A DNA stretch of 64,000 bases from Eledone cirrhosa (GCA_964016885.1 OZ024765.1:22754001-22818000), one strand, 5' to 3'. Shown: positions 27,062 to 40,709, counted from the first letter of the stretch. Program-made: numbers and translations. The notes: generated from the letters alone by a model not told the origin.

Positions 27062-27650
27062 CTATGATAAAATACACCCAGTACACTCTGTAAAGTGCTA
27101 GTGTAGGTGTCGTGATAAAATATATCCAGTACACTCTGTAAAGTGGTAGTGCTGGTGTCATGATAAAATACACCCAGTACACTCTGTAAAGTGGTAGTGC
27201 TGGTGTCATGATAAAATACACCCAGTACACTCTGTAAAGTGGTAGTGCTGGTATTACAATAAAATACACCCAGTACACTCTGTAAAGTGGTAGTGCTGGT
27301 GTCATGATAAAATACACCCAGTACACTCTGTATAGTGGTAGTGCTGGTATCATGATAAAATACACCGAGTACTCTCTGTAAAGTGGTAGTGCTGGTGTCA
27401 TGATAAAATACACCCAGTACACTCTGTATAGTGGTAGTGCTGGTGTCATGATAAAATACACCCAGTACATTCTGTAAAATGGTAGTGCTGGTATTACAAT
27501 AAAATACACCCAGTACACTCTGTAAAGAGGTAATGTTGATGCTACAATAAAATACACCCAGTACACTCTGTAAAGAGGTAATGTTGGTGCTACAATAAAA
27601 TACACCCAGTACACTCTGTAAAGTGGTAGTGCTAGTCTCATGATAAAATC
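27062..27650. repeat. 48-bp minisatellite, about 12 copies
   Basis: Unit ATGATAAAATACACCCAGTACACTCTGTAAAGTGGTAGTGCTGGTGTC. Confidence 0.95.
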
Positions 27651-28328
27651 CATGATAGAGATGCATTGCATAGTGTGTTGGATACAGTGCATTCTCTTCA
27701 CTACAGTCTATTACTCCTGCAGAGACTGCATATAGTTACATGCAGTAGTTAACAGCATATAGTGCAGTGTGGACATGGTGCACAATCTCCAGTGTCATGC
27801 AGATAATGCACATTATGAGATGTAGTTTCTTCTCTTCTTGAGTCATCCCCTCCATCGAAGATGAAGCATGCAAAAAGGTTCTTGTGTTCCAGACTCCCCA
27901 ATTTCCCCCCAGAGCCAGAAGATCCTGTCTAGTGAGGGCCAGGGTTCCTCACTAACAGAACCTTCATGGTTATGTTTAGATGTCTTATTCGGCACGTTGT
28001 ATCTGGTGACCAGAGAAACAGTTTCCCTGCAGGTTCATCATGGCAGGAAACATGACCAACATAAGCCCAGACCCAGATTTTCAATTGTGGTCCCATTGGC
28101 CAGGGAGGGGCCCTTCTTCCTGCCCCCAAAAAATATTTTACGATGAATTTTTCAAATTTTTGGGCCCTCATATCTTAACTAGCGCAGGGCCTCATATGTC
28201 CTAAATCTGGCACTGCAATTGCTGCACATTATATCATGCAGTTGTTCTATTTAGCTTCATTATCTGGTGCAGTGCAGCTATCCTGCAACTACTGCACATT
28301 ATATTATGCAGTATTTAGCTGCATATGG

Positions 28329-31300
28329 TGCAGTGTGGTTGTCTGTCTAACCCTGCACTGTGGTTGTCTGTCTAACCCTGCAGTGTGGTTGTCTGTCTAA
28401 CCCTGCAGTGTGGTTGTCTGTCTAACCCTGCAGTGTGGTTGTCTGTCTAACCCTGCACTGTAGTTGTCTGTCTAACCCTGCAGTGTAGTTGTCTGTCTAA
28501 CCCTGCAGTGTGGTTGTCTGTCTAACCCTGCAGTGTGGTTGTCTGTCTAACCCTGCAGTGTGGTTGTCTGTCTAACCTTGCAGTGTGGTTGTCTGTCTAA
28601 CCCTGCAGTGTAGTTGTCTGTCTAACCCTGCAGTGTGGTTGTCTGTCTAACCCTGCAGTGTGGTTGTCTGTCTAACCCTGCACTGTGGTTGTCTGTCTAA
28701 CCCTGCAGTGTGGTTGTCTGTCTAACCCTGCAGTGTGGTTGTCTGTCTAACCCTGCAGTGTGGTTGTCTGTCTAACCCTGCACTGTGGTTGTCTGTCTAA
28801 CCCTGCACTGTAGTTGTCTGTCTAACCCTGCAGTGTGGTTGTCTGTCTAACCCTGCACTGTGGTTGTCTGTCTAACCCTGCAGTGTAGTTGTCTGTCTAA
28901 CCCTGCAGTGTAGTTGTCTGTCTAACCCTGCAGTGTAGTTGTCTGTCTAACCCTGCAGTGTAGTTGTCTGTCTAACCCTGCACTGTGGTTGTCTGTCTAA
29001 CCCTGCAGTGTGGTTGTCTGTCTAACCCTGCACTGTGGTTGGCTGTCTAACCCTGCACTGTGGTTGTCTGTCTAACCCTACAGTGTAGTTGTCTGTCTAA
29101 CCCTGCAGTGTGGTTGTCTGTCTAACCCTGCAGTGTGGTTGTCTGTCTAACCCTGCACTGTAGTTGTCTATCTAACCCTGCAGTGTGGTGTCTGTTTAAC
29201 CCTGCACTGTGGTTGTCTGTCTAACCCTGCACTGTGGTTGTCTGTCTAACCCTGCACTGTGGTTGTCTGTCTAACCCTGCACTATAGTTGTCTGTCTAAC
29301 TCTGCAGTGTGGTTGTCTGTCTAACCCTGCACTGTGGTTGTCTGTCTAACCCTGCAGTGTAGTTGTCTGTCTAACCCTGCAGTGTAGTTGTCTGTCTAAC
29401 CCTGCAGTGTAGTTGTCTGTCTAACCCTGCAGTGTAGTTGTCTGTCTAACCCTGCAGTGTGGTTGTCTGTCTAACCCTGCACTGTAGTTGTCTGTTTAAC
29501 CCTGCAGTGTAGTTGTCTGTCTAACCCTGCAGTGTAGTTGTCTGTCTAACCCTGCACTGTAGTTGTCTGTCTAACTCTGCAGTGTGGTTGTCTGTCTAAC
29601 CCTGCAGTGTGGTTGTCTGTCTAACCCTGCAGTGTGGTTGTCTGTCTAACCCTGCAGTGTAGTTGTCTGTCTAACCCTGCAGTGTAGTTGTCTGTCTAAC
29701 CCTGCACTGTGGTTGTCTGTCTAACCCTGCACTGTAGTTGTCTGTTTAACCCTGCAGTGTAGTTGTCTGTCTAACCCTGCAGTGTAGTTGTCTGTCTAAC
29801 CCTGCAGTGTAGTTGTCTGTCTAACCCTGCAGTGTGGTTGTCTGTCTAACCCTGCACTGTGGTTGTCTGTCTAACCCTGCACTATAGTTGTCTGTCTAAC
29901 TCTGCAGTGTGGTTGTCTGTCTAACCCTGCACTGTGGTTGTCTGTCTAACCCTGCAGTGTAGTTGTCTGTCTAACCCTGCAGTGTAGTTGTCTGTCTAAC
30001 CCTGCAGTGTAGTTGTCTGTCTAACCCTGCAGTGTGGTTGTCTGTCTAACCCTGCACTGTAGTTGTCTGTCTAACCCTGCACTGTGGTTGTCTGTCTAAC
30101 CCTGCACTGTGGTTGTCTGTCTAACCCTGCACTGTGGTTGTCTGTCTAACCCTGCAGTGTAGTTGTCTGTCTAACCCTGCAGTGTAGTTGTCTGTCTAAC
30201 CCTGCAGTGTAGTTGTCTGTCTAACCCTGCAGTGTGGTTGTCTGTCTAACCCTGCAGTGTGGTTGTCTGTCTAACCCTGCACTGTAGTTGTCTGTCTAAC
30301 CCTGCACTGTGGTTGTCTGTCTAACCCTGCACTGTGGTTGTCTGTCTAACCCTGCACTGTGGTTGTCTGTCTAACCCTGCACTGTGGTTGTCTGTCTAAC
30401 CCTGCAGTGTGGTTGTCTGTCTAACACTGCAGTGTGGTTGTCTGTCTAACCCTGCAGTGTAGTTGTCTGTCTAACACTGCACTGTGGTTGTCTGTCTAAC
30501 CCTGCAGTGTGGTTGTCTGTCTAACCCTGCACTGTGGTTGTCTGTCTAACACTGCAGTGTGGTTGTCTGTCTAACCCTGCAGTGTAGTTGTCTATCTAAC
30601 CCTGCACTGTGGTTGTCTGTCTAACACTGCACTGTGGTTGTCTGTCTAACACTGCAGTGTGGTTGTCTGTCTAACCCTGCACTGTGGTTGTCTGTCTAAC
30701 CCTGCAGTGTGGTTGTCTGTCTAACCCTGCAGTGTGGTTGTCTGTCTAACCCTGCAGTGTAGTTGTCTGTCTAACCCTGCACTGTGGTTGTCTGTCTAAC
30801 ACTGCAGTGTAGTTGTCTGTCTAACCCTGCACTGTGGTTGTCTGTCTAACCCTGCAGTGTGGTTGTCTATCTAACCCTGCACTGTGGTTGTCTGTCTAAC
30901 ACTGCAGTGTAGTTGTCTGTCTAACCCTGCACTGTGGTTGTCTGTCTAACACTGCAGTGTAGTTGTCTGTCTAACCCTGCACTGTGGTTGTCTGTCTAAC
31001 CCTGCAGTGTGGTTGTCTATCTAACCCTGCACTGTGGTTGTCTGTCTAACACTGCAGTGTAGTTGTCTGTCTAACCCTGCACTGTGGTTGTCTGTCTAAC
31101 ACTGCAGTGTAGTTGTCTGTCTAACCCTGCACTGTGGTTGTCTGTCTAACCCTGCAGTGTAGTTGTCTGTCTAATCCTGCACTGTGGTTGTCTGTCTAAC
31201 CCTGCAGTGTGGTTGTCTGTCTAACCCTGCAGTGTGGTTGTCTATCTAACCCTGCACTGTGGTTGTCTGTCTAACACTGCAGTGTAGTTGTCTGTCTAAC

Positions 31301-34300
31301 CCTGCACTGTGGTTGTCTGTCTAACACTGCAGTGTAGTTGTCTGTCTAACCCTGCACTGTGGTTGTCTGTCTAACCCTGCAGTGTGGTTGTCTATCTAAC
31401 CCTGCACTGTGGTTGTCTGTCTAACACTGCAGTGTAGTTGTCTGTCTAACCCTGCACTGTGGTTGTCTGTCTAACACTGCAGTGTAGTTGTCTGTCTAAC
31501 CCTGCACTGTGGTTGTCTGTCTAACCCTGCAGTGTAGTTGTCTGTCTAACCCTGCACTGTGGTTGTCTGTCTAACCCTGCAGTGTGGTTGTCTATCTAAC
31601 CCTGCACTGTGGTTGTCTGTCTAACACTGCAGTGTAGTTGTCTGTCTAACCCTGCACTGTGGTTGTCTGTCTAACACTGCAGTGTAGTTGTCTGTCTAAC
31701 CCTGCACTGTGGTTGTCTGTCTAACCCTGCAGTGTGGTTGTCTGTCTAACCCTGCACTGTGGTTGTCTGTCTAACCCTGCAGTGTGGTTGTCTGTCTAAC
31801 CCTGCACTGTGGTTGTCTGTCTAACCCTGCAGTGTGGTTGTCTGTCTAACCCTGCACTGTAGTTGTCTGTCTAACCCTGCAGTGTGGTTGTCTGTCTAAC
31901 CCTGCAGTGTGGTTGTCTATCTAACCCTGCACTGTGGTTGTCTGTCTAACCCTGCAGTGTAGTTGTCTGTCTAACCCTGCACTGTGGTTGTCTGTCTAAC
32001 ACTGCAGTGTAGTTGTCTGTCTAACACTGCAGTGTAGTTGTCTGTCTAACACTGCAGTGTAGTTGTCTGTCTAACACTGCACTGTGGTTGTCTGTCTAAC
32101 CCTGCAGTGTGGTTGTCTGTCTAACCCTGCACTGTGGTTGTCTGTCTAACCCTGCAGTGTAGTTGTCTGTCTAACACTGCAGTGTGGTTGTCTGTCTAAC
32201 ACTGCAGTGTAGTTGTCTGTCTAACACTGCAGTGTAGTTGTCTGTCTAACACTGCAGTGTAGTTGTCTGTCTAACACTGCAGTGTAGTTGTCTGTCTAAC
32301 ACTGCAGTGTGGTTGTCTGTCTAACCCTGCAGTGTGGTTGTCTATCTAACCCTGCACTGTGGTTGTCTGTCTAACCCTGCAGTGTGGTTGTCTATCTAAC
32401 CCTGCACTGTGGTTGTCTGTCTAACCCTGCACTGTAGTTGTCTGTCTAACCCTGCAGTGTAGTTGTCTGTCTAACACTGCAGTGTAGTTGTCTGTCTAAC
32501 CCTGCACTGTGGTTGTCTGTCTAACCCTGCAGTGTGGTTGTCTGTCTAACCCTGCACTGTGGTTGTCTGTCTAACCCTGCACTGTAGTTGTCTATCTAAC
32601 CCTGCACTGTGGTTGTCTGTCTAACCCTGCACTGTGGTTGTCTATCTAACCCTGCACTGTAGTTGTCTATCTAACCCTGCACTGTAGTTGTCTGTCTAAC
32701 CCTGCAGTGTAGTTGTCTGTCTAACCCTGCACTGTGGTTGTCTATCTAACCCTGCAGTGTGGTTGTCTGTCTAACCCTGCACTGTGGTTGTCTATCTAAC
32801 CCTGCAGTGTGGTTGTCTGTCTAACCCTGCACTGTAGTTGTCTATCTAACCCTGCACTGTAGTTGTCTATCTAACCCTGCACTGTAGTTGTCTGTCTAAC
32901 CCTGCACTGTAGTTGTCTATCTAACCCTGCACTGTAGTTGTCTGTCTAACCCTGCAGTGTAGTTGTCTGTCTAACACTGCAGTGTAGTTGTCTGTCTAAC
33001 CCTGCACTGTGGTTGTCTGTCTAACCCTGCAGTGTGGTTGTCTGTCTAACCCTGCACTGTGGTTGTCTGTCTAACCCTGCACTGTGGTTGTCTGTCTAAC
33101 ACTGCAGTGTGGTTGTCTGTCTAACCCTGCACTGTGGTTGTCTGTCTAACCCTGCACTGTGGTTGTCTGTCTAACCCTGCAGTGTAGTTGTCTGTCTAAC
33201 CCTGCACTGTGGTTGTCTGTCTAACACTGCAGTGTAGTTGTCTGTCTAACACTGCAGTGTAGTTGTCTGTCTAACACTGCAGTGTAGTTGTCTGTCTAAC
33301 ACTGCAGTGTGGTTGTCTGTCTAACCCTGCACTGTGGTTGTCTGTCTAACCCTGCACTGTGGTTGTCTGTCTAACCCTGCACTGTGGTTGTCTGTCTAAC
33401 CCTGCACTGTAGTTGTCTGTCTAACCCTGCACTGTGGTTGTCTGTCTAACCCTGCACTGTGGTTGTCTATCTAACCCTGCACTGTGGTTGTCTGTCTAAC
33501 CCTGCAGTGTGGTTGTCTATCTAACCCTGCACTGTGGTTGTCTGTCTAACACTGCAGTGTAGTTGTCTGTCTAACCCTGCACTGTGGTTGTCTGTCTAAC
33601 CCTGCAGTGTGGTTGTCTGTCTAACCCTGCACTGTGGTTGTCTGTCTAACCCTGCACTGTGGTTGTCTGTCTAACACTGCAGTGTGGTTGTCTGTCTAAC
33701 CCTGCACTGTGGTTGTCTGTCTAACCCTGCACTGTGGTTGTCTGTCTAACCCTGCAGTGTAGTTGTCTGTCTAACCCTGCACTGTGGTTGTCTATCTAAC
33801 CCTGCAGTGTGGTTGTCTGTCTAACCCTGCAGTGTAGTTGTCTGTCTAACACTGCAGTGTGGTTGTCTGTCCCACCCTGCACTGTGGTTGTCTGTCTAAC
33901 ACTGCAGTGTAGTTGTCTGTCTAACCCTGCAGTGTGGTTGTCTGTCTAACCCTGCAGTGTAGTTGTCTGTCTAACCCTGCAGTGTGGTTGTCTGTCTAAC
34001 ACTGCAGTGTGGTTGTCTGTCTAACCCTGCAGTGTGGTTGTCTGTCTAACACTGCAGTGTGGTTGTCTGTCTAACCCTGCAGTGTGGTTGTCTGTCTAAC
34101 ACTACAGTGTAGTTGTCTGTCTAACCCTGCAGTGTGGTTGTCTGTCTAACCCTGCAGTGTAGTTGTCTGTCTAACCCTGCAGTGTGGTTGTCTGTCTAAC
34201 ACTGCAGTGTAGTTGTCTGTCTAACCCTGCAGTGTGGTTGTCTGTCTAACACTGCAGTGTGGTTGTCTGTCTAACCCTGCAGTGTGGTTGTCTGTCTAAC

Positions 34301-35948
34301 CCTGCAGTGTAGTTGTCTGTCTAACCCTGCAGTGTGGTTGTCTGTCTAACACTACAGTGTAGTTGTCTGTCTAACCCTGCAGTGTGGTTGTCTGTCTAAC
34401 CCTGCAGTGTAGTTGTCTGTCTAACCCTGCAGTGTGGTTGTCTGTCTAACACTGCAGTGTAGTTGTCTGTCTAACCCTGCAGTGTGGTTGTCTGTCTAAC
34501 ACTGCAGTGTGGTTGTCTGTCTAACCCTGCAGTGTGGTTGTCTGTCTAACCCTGCAGTGTAGTTGTCTGTCTAACCCTGCAGTGTGGTTGTCTGTCTAAC
34601 ACTACAGTGTAGTTGTCTGTCTAACCCTGCAGTGTGGTTGTCTGTCTAACCCTGCAGTGTAGTTGTCTGTCTAACCCTGCAGTGTGGTTGTCTGTCTAAC
34701 ACTGCAGTGTAGTTGTCTGTCTAACCCTGCAGTGTGGTTGTCTGTCTAACACTGCAGTGTAGTTGTCTGTCTAACCCTGCAGTGTGGTTGTCTGTCTAAC
34801 ACTGCACTGTGGTTGTCTGTCTAACCCTGCAGTGTAGTTGTCTGTCTAACCCTGCACTGTGGTTGTCTGTCTAACACTGCAGTGTGGTTGTCTATCTAAC
34901 CCTGCACTGTGGTTGTCTGTCTAACCCTGCAGTGTGGTTGTCTATCTAACCCTGCACTGTGGTTGTCTGTCTAACACTGCAGTGTAGTTGTCTGTCTAAC
35001 CCTGCAGTGTGGTTGTCTGTCTAACCCTGCAGTGTGGTTGTCTGTCTAACCCTGCAGTGTAGTTGTCTGTCTAACCCTGCAGTGTGGTTGTCTGTCTAAC
35101 ACTACAGTGTAGTTGTCTGTCTAACCCTGCAGTGTGGTTGTCTGTCTAACACTGCAGTGTAGTTGTCTGTCTAACCCTGCAGTGTAGTTGTCTGTCTAAC
35201 ACTGCAGTGTAGTTGTCTGTCTAACCCTGCAGTGTGGTTGTCTGTCTAACCCTGCAGTGTAGTTGTCTGTCTAACCCTGCAGTGTGGTTGTCTGTCTAAC
35301 ACTGCAGTGTAGTTGTCTGTCTAACCCTGCAGTGTGGTTGTCTGTCTAACACTGCAGTGTAGTTGTCTGTCTAACCCTGCAGTGTGGTTGTCTGTCTAAC
35401 CCTGCAGTGTGGTTGTCTGTCTAACACTGCAGTGTAGTTGTCTGTCTAACACTGCAGTGTAGTTGTCTGTCTAACCCTGCAGTGTGGTTGTCTGTCTAAC
35501 CCTGCAGTGTGGTTGTCTGTCTAACCCTGCAGTGTGGTTGTCTGTCTAACCCTGCAGTGTAGTTGTCTGTCTAACCCTGCACTGTGGTTGTCTGTCTAAC
35601 CCTGCAGTGTGGTTGTCTGTCTAACCCTGCAGTGTGGTTGTCTGTCTAACCCTGCAGTGTGGTTGTCTGTCCCACCCTGCACTGTGGTTGTCTGTCTAAC
35701 CCTGCAGTGTAGTTGTCTGTCTAACCCTGCAGTGTAGTTGTCTGTCTAACCCTGCAGTGTAGTTATCTGTCTAACCCTGCAGTGTAGTTGTCTGTCTAAC
35801 CCTGCAGTGTAGTTGTCTGTCTAACCCTGCAGTGTAGTTATCTGTCTAACCCTGCACTGTGGTTGTCTGTCTAACCCTGCAGTGTAGTTGTCTGTCTAAC
35901 CCTGCAGTGTAGTTGTCTGTCTAACCCTGCAGTGTAGTTGTCTGTCCA
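28329..35948. repeat. 25-bp minisatellite (TGCAGTGTGGTTGTCTGTCTAACCC), about 300 copies
   Basis: Direct periodicity, with stops in all frames. Confidence 0.98.
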
Positions 35949-36012
35949 ACTCTGAATCAGTTCTTTTTACAGAAAGTACATATATTTTTATTTTCTAATC
36001 TGTGAACAACAG

Positions 36013-39000
36013 AAATTTTCAGATTCCTGTCTTTTGACATCAAAACCTGGGAATATGGCGGAGAATTCTACTGTAAATACCGCACCACCACCACTACAAG
36101 ACACTACACCACTATCACTACAAGACACTACACCACCACCACCACCACTACAAGACACTACACCACCTCCACTACAAGACACTACACCACCTCCACCACT
36201 ACTACAAGACACTACACCACCACCACCACCACTACAAGACACTACACCACCTCTACTACAAGACACTACACCACCACCACCACTACAAGACACTACACCA
36301 CCACCACCACTACAAGACACTACACCACCTACACCACCACCACCACTACAAGACACTACACCACCACCACCACTACTACAAGACACTACACCACCACCAC
36401 CACTACAAGACACTACACCACCACCACCACCACTACAAGACACTACACCACCACCACTACAAGACACTGCACCACCACCACCACTACTACAAGACACTAC
36501 ACCACCACCACCACTACAATACACTACACCACCACTACAAGACACTACACCACCTCCACCACCACTACAAGACACTACACCACCACCACTACAAGACACT
36601 ACACCACCACCACCACTACAAGACACTACACCACCACCACCACTACAAGATACAACACCACCACCACCACTACAAGACACTACACCACCACCTCCACCAC
36701 TACAAGACACTACACCACCACCACTACTGCAAGACACACCACCACCACCACCACTACAAGACACTACATCTCCACCACTACTAGAAGACACGACACCACC
36801 ACTACCACTACAAGACACTACACCACCTCCACCACTACTACAAGACACTACACCACCACCACCACCACCACCACCACCACCACCACTACAAGACACTACA
36901 CCACCTCCACCACCACTACAAGACACTACACCACCACCACCACTACTACAAGACACTACACCACCACCACCACTACTACAAGACACTACACCACCACCAC
37001 CACTACTACAAGACACTACACCACCACCACCACTACAAGACACTACACCACCACCACGACTACTACAAGACACTACACCACCACCACTACAAGACACTAC
37101 ACCACCACCACGACTACTACAAGACACTACACCACCACCACACACTACACCACCATCAACACCAGATACACCACCACCATCAACATCACAGAACACTACA
37201 CCACCATCACCACCTCTACAAGACACTACACCACCACCACTACTGCAAGACACTACACCACCAACACAGCATCACATACCACCATCACCACCACAACAAG
37301 ACGCACAACCACTACTACCAGACTCACCACCACCACCACAACAACCAGACACCCCATCCTCACCACCACCACCACCACAACAACCAGACACCCCATCCTC
37401 ACCACCACCACCACAAGACACCCCATCCTCACCACCACCACCACAACAACCAGACACCCCATCCTCACCACCACCACCACAAGACACCCCATCCTCACCA
37501 CCACCACCACAACAACCAGACACCCCATCCTCACCACCACCACAAGACACCCCAGCCTCACCACCACCACCACAAGACACCCCAGCCTCACCACCAGTAC
37601 AAGACACCCCATCCTCACCACCACCACCACAAGACACTCCATCTTCACCACCACCACCACCACAAGACACCCCAGCCTCACCACCACCACCACAAGACAC
37701 TGCATCTTCACCACCACCACCACCACAAGACACTGCATCTTCACCACCACCACCACCACAAGACACCCCAGCCTCACCACCACCACCACCACAAGACACT
37801 CCAGCTTCACCACCACCACCACCACAAGACACCCCAGCCTCACCACCACCACCACCACAAGACACTCCAGCTTCACCACCACCACCACCACAAGACACTC
37901 CAGCTTCACCACCACCACCACCACCACAAGACACCCCAGCCTCACCACCACCACCACCACCACAAGACACCCCAGCCTCACCACCACCACTACCACAAGA
38001 CACTCCAGCTTCACCACCACCACCACCACAAGACACCCCAGCCTCACCACCACCACCACCACCACAAGACACCCCAGCCTCACCACCACCACCACCACAA
38101 GACACTCCAGCTTCACCACCACCACCACCACCACAAGACACCCCAGCCTCACCACCACCACCACCACCACAAGACACCCCAGCCTCACCACCACCACCAC
38201 CACAAGACACTCCAGCTTCACCACCACCACCACCACAAGACACCCCAGCCTCACCACCACCACCACAAGACACCCCATCCTCACCACCACCACCACAAGA
38301 CACTCCATCTTCACCACCACCACCACCACAAGACACCCCAGCCTCACCACCACCACCACAAGACACCCCAGCCTCACCACCACCACTACCACAAGACACT
38401 GCATCTTCACCACCACCACCACCACAAGACACCCCAGCCTCACCACCACCACCACCACAAGACACTCCAGCTTCACCACCACCACCACCACAAGACACCC
38501 CAGCCTCACCACCACCACCACCACAAGACACTCCAGCTTCACCACCACCACCACCACCACAAGACACCCCAGCCTCACCACCACCACCACCACCACAAGA
38601 CACCCCAGCCTCACCACCACCACTACCACAAGACACTCCAGCTTCACCACCACCACCACCACAAGACACCCCAGCCTCACCACCACCACCACCACCACAA
38701 GACACCCCAGCCTCACCACCACCACCACCACAAGACACTCCAGCTTCACCACCACCACCACCACCACAAGACACCCCAGCCTCACCACCACCACCACCAC
38801 CACAAGACACCCCAGCCTCACCACCACCACCACCACAAGACACCCCAGCCTCACCACCACCACCACCACCACCACAAGACACCCCAGCCTCACCACCACC
38901 ACCACCACCACAAGACACCCCAGCCTCACCACCACCACTACCACAAGACACTCCAGCTTCACCACCACCACCACCACAAGACACCCCAGCCTCACCACCA

Positions 39001-39544
39001 CCACCACCACCACAAGACACCCCAGCCTCACCACCACCACCACCACAAGACACTCCAGCTTCACCACCACCACCACCACCACAAGACACCCCAGCCTCAC
39101 CACCACCACCACCACCACAAGACACTCCAGCTTCACCACCACCACCACCACAAGACACCCCAGCCTCACCACCACCACCACCACCACCACAAGACACCCC
39201 AGCCTCACCACCACCACCACCACCACAAGACACCCCAGCCTCACCACCACCACCACCACAAGACACTCCAGCTTCACCACCACCACCACCACAAGACACC
39301 CCAGCCTCACCACCACCACCACCACAAGACACTCCAGCTTCACCACCACCACCACCACAAGACACCCCAGCCTCACCAGTACCAGACACTCCCGCATCAC
39401 CGGACAGCTGTGAGAAGTCCCAGGCCTATTGTGGGAAAGACAATCGATCATTTCTGGAGAAAGGATTAAAGATTATTCCGACAGAATCTGACGGCAATGT
39501 GTTTGTCTTTCAAGATGTCACACCTCAACAGAACTCCTCCCCAG
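36013..39544 (+). CDS. ICE2: ICE2 giant low-complexity exon: (LQDTTPPPP)n then (QDTPASPPPPP)n
   Basis: Phase-0 acceptor AACAG at 36012 matches donor 27011. The frame is open for 3.5 kb with unique coding-like ends. Phase-1 donor CAG|GTCAGT matches exon 44827. Confidence 0.7.
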
Positions 39545-39613
39545 GTCAGTCTTCTATTGTTTTACACTTTCATAGAACCTCATGTGCCACTTAGTGAGTC
39601 ATGTACACACACA

Positions 39614-40120
39614 ATGTAGGAGGTGAGTTTTATTGTAGTACAATAAAGCAATGCAGATATCGGATAAGAAGCACTCTACAGTTTGTAGGACTGGAGTATA
39701 CATAATATAAGATCAAAAGATGGTTAAAGGAGTTCCATGTATTTTATTATGCGCATTTCAAAAACAAACATCATCATGCAATAATATTTGTGTTTTCATC
39801 AGATAAAACAGGAGAACATGATATGAAGGCTAAAAAACATTTGTGGATAGTGCAGTGATAGTGAAAAAAAAAAAAAAACTGCACTATCCACAAGTGTTTT
39901 TTAGCCTTCATATCATGTTTTCCTGTTTTATCTGATGAAAACACAAATATTATTGCATGATGATGTTTGTTTTTGAAATGCGCATAATAAAATACGTGGA
40001 ACTCCTTTAACCATCTTTTGATCTTATATTATGTATACTCCAGTCCTACAAACTGTAGAGTGCTTCTTATCCGATATCTGCATTGCTTTATTGTACTACA
40101 ATAAAACTCACCTCCTACAT
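39614..40120. repeat. Foldback element: 243-bp near-perfect inverted arms, 21-nt A-rich loop (Penelope-like terminus)
   Basis: 39614-39856 is the reverse complement of 39878-40120 with few mismatches. A (TA)n run follows. Confidence 0.95.
39924..39994 (+). ncRNA. Putative minimal type-I hammerhead ribozyme (mirror copy on - strand at about 39740-39810)
   Basis: UGUUUUAU-CUGAUGA-[16-position stem II, one mismatch]-GAAA-UGCGCA-UA/AUAAAAUA. Stem I pairs, and the stem III loop is palindromic. Confidence 0.75.
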
Positions 40121-40208
40121 ATATATATATAACGAAGGAAATGTGGTAAGGAACCAGGTGGACCATAACGCACCAAAGTACTCAATACTTGGGGTAGTAG
40201 AGTGGGTA

Positions 40209-40656
40209 ATAGGAACCAGTAAGACCCCGACGGCTGAGCTCAAGCCGTTTCGACGGCTAATTCTGGACTAAATGAAAATTTATCCTGGTATTTAAATAGC
40301 CGAGCTTCTTAAGGGGTAATTCCATATATGGTCAAAGTGATTGTCAAAAGTCAGTAGTAATTCTGTGATTGCAAATTAGTAGGGGAGATGGTGGCTAAAC
40401 CTGCCAGTAGGAGAAAGAGGGGAGGGGGGTGGAGTAGACCCAATCAAGCGTTGGTAGTGCCAGCTACAGCTGGGCATGAGGTCAAAGAAGATACTGGGGA
40501 GGGGGAGGAAGTCGGAACGGTAGGTAGAACAATGAGGGGTAAATATGGAATTACCCCTTGAGAAGATCGGCTATTTAAATACCAGGATAAATTTTCATTT
40601 AGTCCAGAATTAGCCGTCGAAACGGCTTGAGCTCAGCCGTCGGGGTCTTACTGGTT

Positions 40657-40660
<4 letters not shown>
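40209..40660. repeat. Inverted repeat with about 118-bp arms and about 215-bp spacer (Penelope-like)
   Basis: 40209-40327 is the reverse complement of 40543-40660. Flanked by (TA)n. Related fragments lie at 20653-20698 and 20980-21020. Confidence 0.9.
40553..40646 (+). ncRNA. Putative type-I hammerhead ribozyme, U3-A8 core variant, GUC cleavage site
   Basis: ACCCC-UUGAGAA-GAUCGGCUA...UAGCCGUC-GAAA-CGGCUUGAGCUCAGCCG-UC/GGGGU. All three stems pair. Confidence 0.75.

Positions 40661-40709
<49 letters not shown>

Noticed and set aside
27843-27968. Possible extra ICE2 exon (DSPISPQSQK...)
   Set aside because: I could not find an acceptor/donor pair in phase with 27011 and 36013. It needs RNA evidence.
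28329-35948. Telomeric repeat
   Set aside because: Only one TAACCC per 25-bp unit, not tandem TTAGGG.
35988-39451. Gly/Cys/Val-rich - strand ORFs
   Set aside because: Antisense shadows of the CCA-rich repeat. The + frame is the one that fits ICE2 splicing.
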